Under the pieces are notes generated by a model. That model made no database searches, had not been told where the DNA came from, and worked only from the letters and a program-made list of their open reading frames with translations. This document shows, in pieces, positions 59,101 to 64,000 of a stretch of DNA of 64,000 nucleotides. A program made the translations under genes and the position numbers. The stretch's first letter is position 1; each line of letters starts with the position of its first letter. Source of the DNA: Phoronis australis (Eukaryota > Animalia > Phoronida); the NCBI GenBank assembly GCA_002633005.1, contig NMRA01000183.1, positions 438,280-502,279 of the forward strand. Direction: 5' to 3'.

Positions 59101-61087
59101 CAATCATCTTCATATACTGTAGTCAAAGACTAATGATTGGACTCTGCATGGACAAGTCTGATTTATGTGCTTTGATTTTTTATGGATACCCACAAGACAC
59201 TCCGACGAGCATACATCGTCGCACACAGACGTCAGGCCAGCAATAAGATCATCATACCTCGTCAGACCAGCTCTCACATCATCATGAAGAATATCATTGG
59301 CCATTGATTCTTCTGACGAACTATTCTGTCACTAAGGATTCTGAAGACCTATACTCTGGTTCAGTCGTTTTTGAATATACCAATGGCAGTAGGTCGGAAA
59401 CCAGAAGTGAACTCTCGTGAGGGCATTCCACTGTAATCCAAGGTTCAGAATCGGAAGACACTGGCTGGGCATGGCATGCCCCATAGTATACATCTAGTTA
59501 TGTGATCGGTTGGGATGTCTGAGATGTCTGAAGAATCTGTCTCCACATTCTGACGAGCCAAAATTTGTGTTCAAGCATTGAACTGCTCCACCTCTTGGCA
59601 TGTAATCTGTGTGTTCTGTATTGGTGACATTCCGGACTCCTGGTAATTTCTGAAGAACCTGAATTTATTTCTTCATTGGTTTTGGATTGGCGTTACTTGA
59701 TCTGTCAATATTTGGAAGTGGGATGTTGAATGTTCTGGCTTTTATGATAGCATTCAGTGGTGAGTCTACCAACATATGCCCCCTCACTGCTCTATCCACA
59801 CTTTTTCCATTTAACATAAGGTTCACACTGTTTAATGCATACACCGTCTCAAGAACTCCTTGAAGCCCTGTGCTTGACATTACGTATCCAATACATTCCA
59901 GAAAGCTCATCTCAGTATGAAATCTTCCAAGCCTGGCTAAGAACAAGTGACTGAAGATCGCTATCGTTTTGTTTGCAGGCACTAACTTCCTCTAAAATCA
60001 GTTGCCTATGTTCTTAAAAAGCATGCATATTAACCTAATTGTGGGTCCTAACTATTAAAATTTAATTAATAACTTCTTGTTACATAATCCTATTTGCTTT
60101 TCATCAAATTCAGGTGAAATCAGCAGCCAATTCTCAATACATGCCAGCAGCAGACGAAATCGATGCTTGGGAACAATTAATAATATCTCCAATAGCAGAG
60201 AAAAAAGCCACTTCCTGCCCAATTTTATTAAGGGTTTGTATAATGAATAAGCCAATAACTCCACCAGAATACCATATTTTTCAAACAAATATTATTTTTG
60301 ATACCTCAAATGAATATATTTTACAGAAAAATAATTGAGTTTGTGAAATTTATAATGAAAATTTAACTAAAGCCTTTTCTGATAAACACACCAACTTTTA
60401 TGTTATATAATCTAAAATGTGATTAAAATTCCACATTTACTATATAAATCTTAAAAACAAATTATAGAAACAATCAACTCATTAATCCTGACTGTAGATT
60501 CTAAGATGTTTTTGTGTAAATGCGTATCAGGTTACAAACAAAGTTTGCAGAACGTAAATGCGGTAAATTGGGGTTTGTGAATTGGCAGCCATTTTGGCGG
60601 CCATTTTGTCAGCCAACTTGATTTTTTTCTTGCAAAGCAGTGACCAATTGTAAGGTCCAGATATTTTAAATTGTCTAACTTACAAAAGTATAAAACTTTT
60701 GCCATTTCCAGGGCAAAATATAAAAAGAAATCTTGCAACATGTACCAAATTGCCCTTTCGGCCGCCATTTTGTCAGCCATATTGGTTTTATTTTACAGAA
60801 AATTGGCATCTTTTGGTAGGTATGCCTCTTATGAAAAGTATATAATCAATGACACACTTTATTGTTTTATTTTTAGCTGTTTCATAAGAGTAATATGTCA
60901 GAAAACAGTAATCACCGGTTTTGTCGGCCATTTTTTCCGCCATCTTGAAAAACCGACTTCCGCCACTCCGATTTCGGTAGACTTTTTCTGGCACCAAGGG
61001 GTGTTTGAAGATACCATTAATGCAAAAAACCTTCTTTTGCAATTTTTTCTAGGTTGGGCCCTCTGGAGCCCTAGAATGACTGGACTA
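56189..61087 (-). mobile_element. Academ-superfamily DNA transposon, full-length termini, decayed
   Basis: TIR ends TAGTCCCGTCATTCTA / TAGAATGACTGGACTA with extended imperfect inverted homology; 3-bp TSD TTA (56186-88, 61088-90); about 315-bp subterminal direct repeats rich in CAAGATGGC. Confidence 0.88.
57310..59990 (-). pseudogene. Academ transposase pseudogene (core, XPG/PIN-like domain, C-terminal Cys-rich Zn finger)
   Basis: RLGRFHTEMSFLECIGYVMSSTGL..MLNGKSVDRAVRGHMLV; QAQGDAGVLIETAL..LIADDTDLLVLL; APENLLKVVRCSCKTNCSSKRCTCKKLG*SYSVACGECRGFSCSN; many stops and frameshifts. Confidence 0.85.
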
Positions 61088-63008
61088 TTAGGGCCTGGTT
61101 GCATGTCGAGTGTTAATTACATTGTTACAACTGTATTACTTTTTTAATGACGTCGAGTCCACATTGACCTAGCTTTTGAACTTTCCATGTCAGAGCTCGC
61201 TCTTGAAGTAGTGCGGGTGCGAATACGGAAAACTTTGCTAAATGGCCGTATTTCCCTCTACAGATTCAACGCGCGTGGGATAACTCACTTATCACTTCGG
61301 TCTCGGTCGATACGCGGAATAAGGTCTCGTGGGATATTACTTCATGTACGCCACTCTCGGCACGTTTTGTGCATATGTATATATTCTTTGAGAATATGCT
61401 CTATAAACAATGGTTTGGGAAGCTAATTCTCAGCTGTGCCATGAAAGACATGTCAATTTTATTAACCCAGGTTCCTGACAAGAAACATTGACAATGATTA
61501 CTGGAATCTTGGCGATGTCAAAAATTTCCAAATCTATGGCAATGGTTTTGTCAGAAGTAGGTGTAAGCACAAAAATATGAGTATTACCCAGATTAGGAAT
61601 TTCTCAACCACAGAATGTTTCCAGGGTGAAGATGAATGGATCTGGTTTACTCTAACTGTTCTAAACATACTCAGGTATAACATTATTTACAGCACCCAAA
61701 TCATTCTTCGCAACAAATCGATGAGATTGGCCTTCTGTACTCCCATTTAGCTCGGGATGGGGTAGGGGCCTCTATTTGTTAGTGGCAAAATGGGTCACAT
61801 TCGTAAAACTGGGAGTTGCTTTTAAGGGTTACAGAAACGTGCTTGAACTTTTAAGGCATCAAAAATGGTTTGTTCTCTCTGCAGGCCTCACAAGTACACG
61901 TAATCTGACGTGGTGAACGTTGTTGTAGCATCAATAACAGTTCCTGACGGCACGTGCCTGCTCGTGGGGGTAAACCAGACTACTTTCAGGTTCTGAAGAG
62001 CGGCCCGCGGCGGTTGGGTCGACCAGGTTGCCTTGGGCGGACAGACGATCTGAGACCTTGCGGCCACAACGTGTAAGTTTGAAGGCTTCATTTGGGCTTC
62101 GATAGAATTATGTGTTTTGACAATATCTCCTGCGCTAACAAATGTTAAGTTATTGTCCCCATGGAGGCACTATTTCTTGGAATTAATTCCGAATACTAAG
62201 AAGCTTCCCATGACTCTGTCGTGTTATTCTGTCAATAACTGGAAATTTTTGAGAATTCATCTTATTTGGTGCATTGTAAAGGCCTCGAAATGCCTGTTTG
62301 GTGTACTTCTTGCCTGACTGGTTCCGGTGCCCACATACATTGTATAGCGAGTATGAATGCCTTTTCACCAATGACTGTCGGCACCCTTATTAATGAAAGA
62401 TATAGTCGAAATTATCCAATGATCAGGAAATACCATGAAAGGAAATCATAAACTGATCAATGTTCAACTGTAGTATTCAATAAACTAAATTATAACAGGT
62501 TGTCATGTGCCAAACTAATTCTAATACAAATGAAGGTGTACCATTACAACGTAAGTATTTCCGGACATTCTTCTCAGCAGGTGGGACACGTGTTGGCCTG
62601 CTACAGTGGACACTTTAATACCATTTGCATTCACAATATTTCCATAATTAGTGAGCCGTAACATTGTTACCATGGTCACGAAGCTGATTCAGAATTTGAC
62701 ACGGAAACAAGACCAGGTCTAAATTAGATGAAACAAAGTCTTATAGGAGAGGGCAATCTTATCATGTCATTTTCAGTAAAAAATACGGTTCGTTGATTAT
62801 CCCAGACATGTATTTCAGTTAGAAACGGCATCCCGTAATGCTATTAATTAGTCGAGTATTACTCCGGAAGTAACGTTTAGGGGGTTAAGGATTTCCCGCC
62901 ATTTTGTTTTCAAAAAGTTTGACTGCGTGAGCTGTCGAGTCAGTCATTGTTTTACCTCGGTTGTGATAAGTTCGGTTGTCGTTTGCCTTTGTTTACATAT
63001 CAGTCGAC

Positions 63009-63167
63009 ATGCCGCACGGTTGGTACGTGCCGGCCGGAGTGTACTCATTATTGTCTTACGCGCACTTTGGGTATGCAACTGCATCGCTTTCCGAAAGATG
63101 ACACACTCCGACGTACTTGGCTGGTTCATGAGAAGAACGCAGCGTTAGCCGTCCATGCAACGTACAA
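63009..63167 (+). pseudogene. THAP zinc-finger N-terminus remnant (transposon-derived)
   Basis: MPHG(W)YVP/ECTHYCLTRTLGMQLHRFPKDDTLRRTWL matches the THAP C..P.C...LH.FP.D...R..W pattern; 4-bp CCGG duplication frameshift; cut by the insertion at 63168. Confidence 0.72.
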
Positions 63168-63901
63168 CAGTGGCGGATCTAGGATATCACAAGGGGGGGG
63201 CAACATTTTTGTCCGATTGTAAGCATTTGTGCAAACTGAACCACGATTGTAGATGCGCATAGCACCGAATGGGGGGAGGTCGGGAGGGGGGTTTGCCCAG
63301 GAAATTTTTCTGTTTTTACCTCTAAAAATCAAGCATTTTCCTTGATTCCTGAAATATTATCCAAGAAAAAAAGGCAAAGAAACACGGAGAACATGTCAAA
63401 CAGGAAAAAAATGCAAGTATCAAAGACTCGAGCTCACGACCTGGCGGACAGAGCGCGCGTACGTTACCACTACACCACCACGATTAAACTACAACATTCG
63501 TACTAAAAGACTTACTTGTTTATGGGACACAGCGTTTGCGCGCGAAACCTACTTCTTTTCGTAATGCTTATTACACGTTTTATATTTTGTGCCATCAATT
63601 CTTAACAAATTTGTCGTATTTGAAATAATCTTCAAATGCCCAAAAGACCAAATCCATTTTTCGACTAATGAAGGGATTGCTTTGGAAACCGTCTTAAGAT
63701 AAGGTTTGACAAAGAGAGTATTGCGAGTTTCTGAGTGATTCACTAAGGCTTCGATTAAAATTCACATCTTACCAGCAGCTTCTGTTTTTTCATCGTCACT
63801 CAGGTTCCATTTTCTTTAAAAAATGAAGTAAATTTTCTTCATTGCACAGTGGAGCAGACGACGGAAACGGAGTCGTAGTGCACAGCGCCGCTGCCGGTCG
63901 C
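63168..63901 (+). mobile_element. About 0.7-kb non-autonomous element, copy 2
   Basis: Inverted homologue of 52078-52744. Confidence 0.85.
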
Positions 63902-64000
63902 CTAAGATATCGCGGGAGATTCTATACTTAGCCATAGTTCCGTTACGAACGCGCCGTGTTCCGATTTTGACACTTGAAATTGGATTTGAGCCCCCCCCCC

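Noticed and set aside
61888-62100. GC-rich ORF/exon candidate
   Set aside because: No recognisable domain, and the donor phase is incompatible with gene B.

Overview
AT-rich, intron- and repeat-rich animal genomic DNA (invertebrate-like; the taxon cannot be fixed from sequence alone). Most entries in the ORF track are spurious. The real coding signal is 28 short minus-strand exons, read here by hand, all entered through phase-1 GT-AG junctions. Array A (722-35240, running off the left edge) has 18 exons. Each encodes one Cys-rich EGF/EB-like module (C-x2-GG-x2-C-x5-C-x4-6-C-x-C-x2-G-x6-8-C): 15 are 6-Cys and 3 are truncated 4-Cys forms. Several apparent dead pseudo-exons lie between them. Array B (47477-54873) has 9 EGF/Ca-binding-EGF exons, a terminal chitin-binding type-2 (CBM14)-like exon, a stop codon and AATAAA. 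No convincing signal-peptide or start exon was found for either array, so A may be an alternative 3' extension of B. Mobile DNA: a full-length but decayed Academ transposon (TIRs, TTA TSD), a deleted Tc1 element, LINE fragments, a Penelope GIY-YIG remnant with a broken hammerhead, a THAP remnant and CAG-terminated MITEs. Several minisatellites are present, one of them an amplified 3' splice site. The octamer TACATGTA is strongly enriched.
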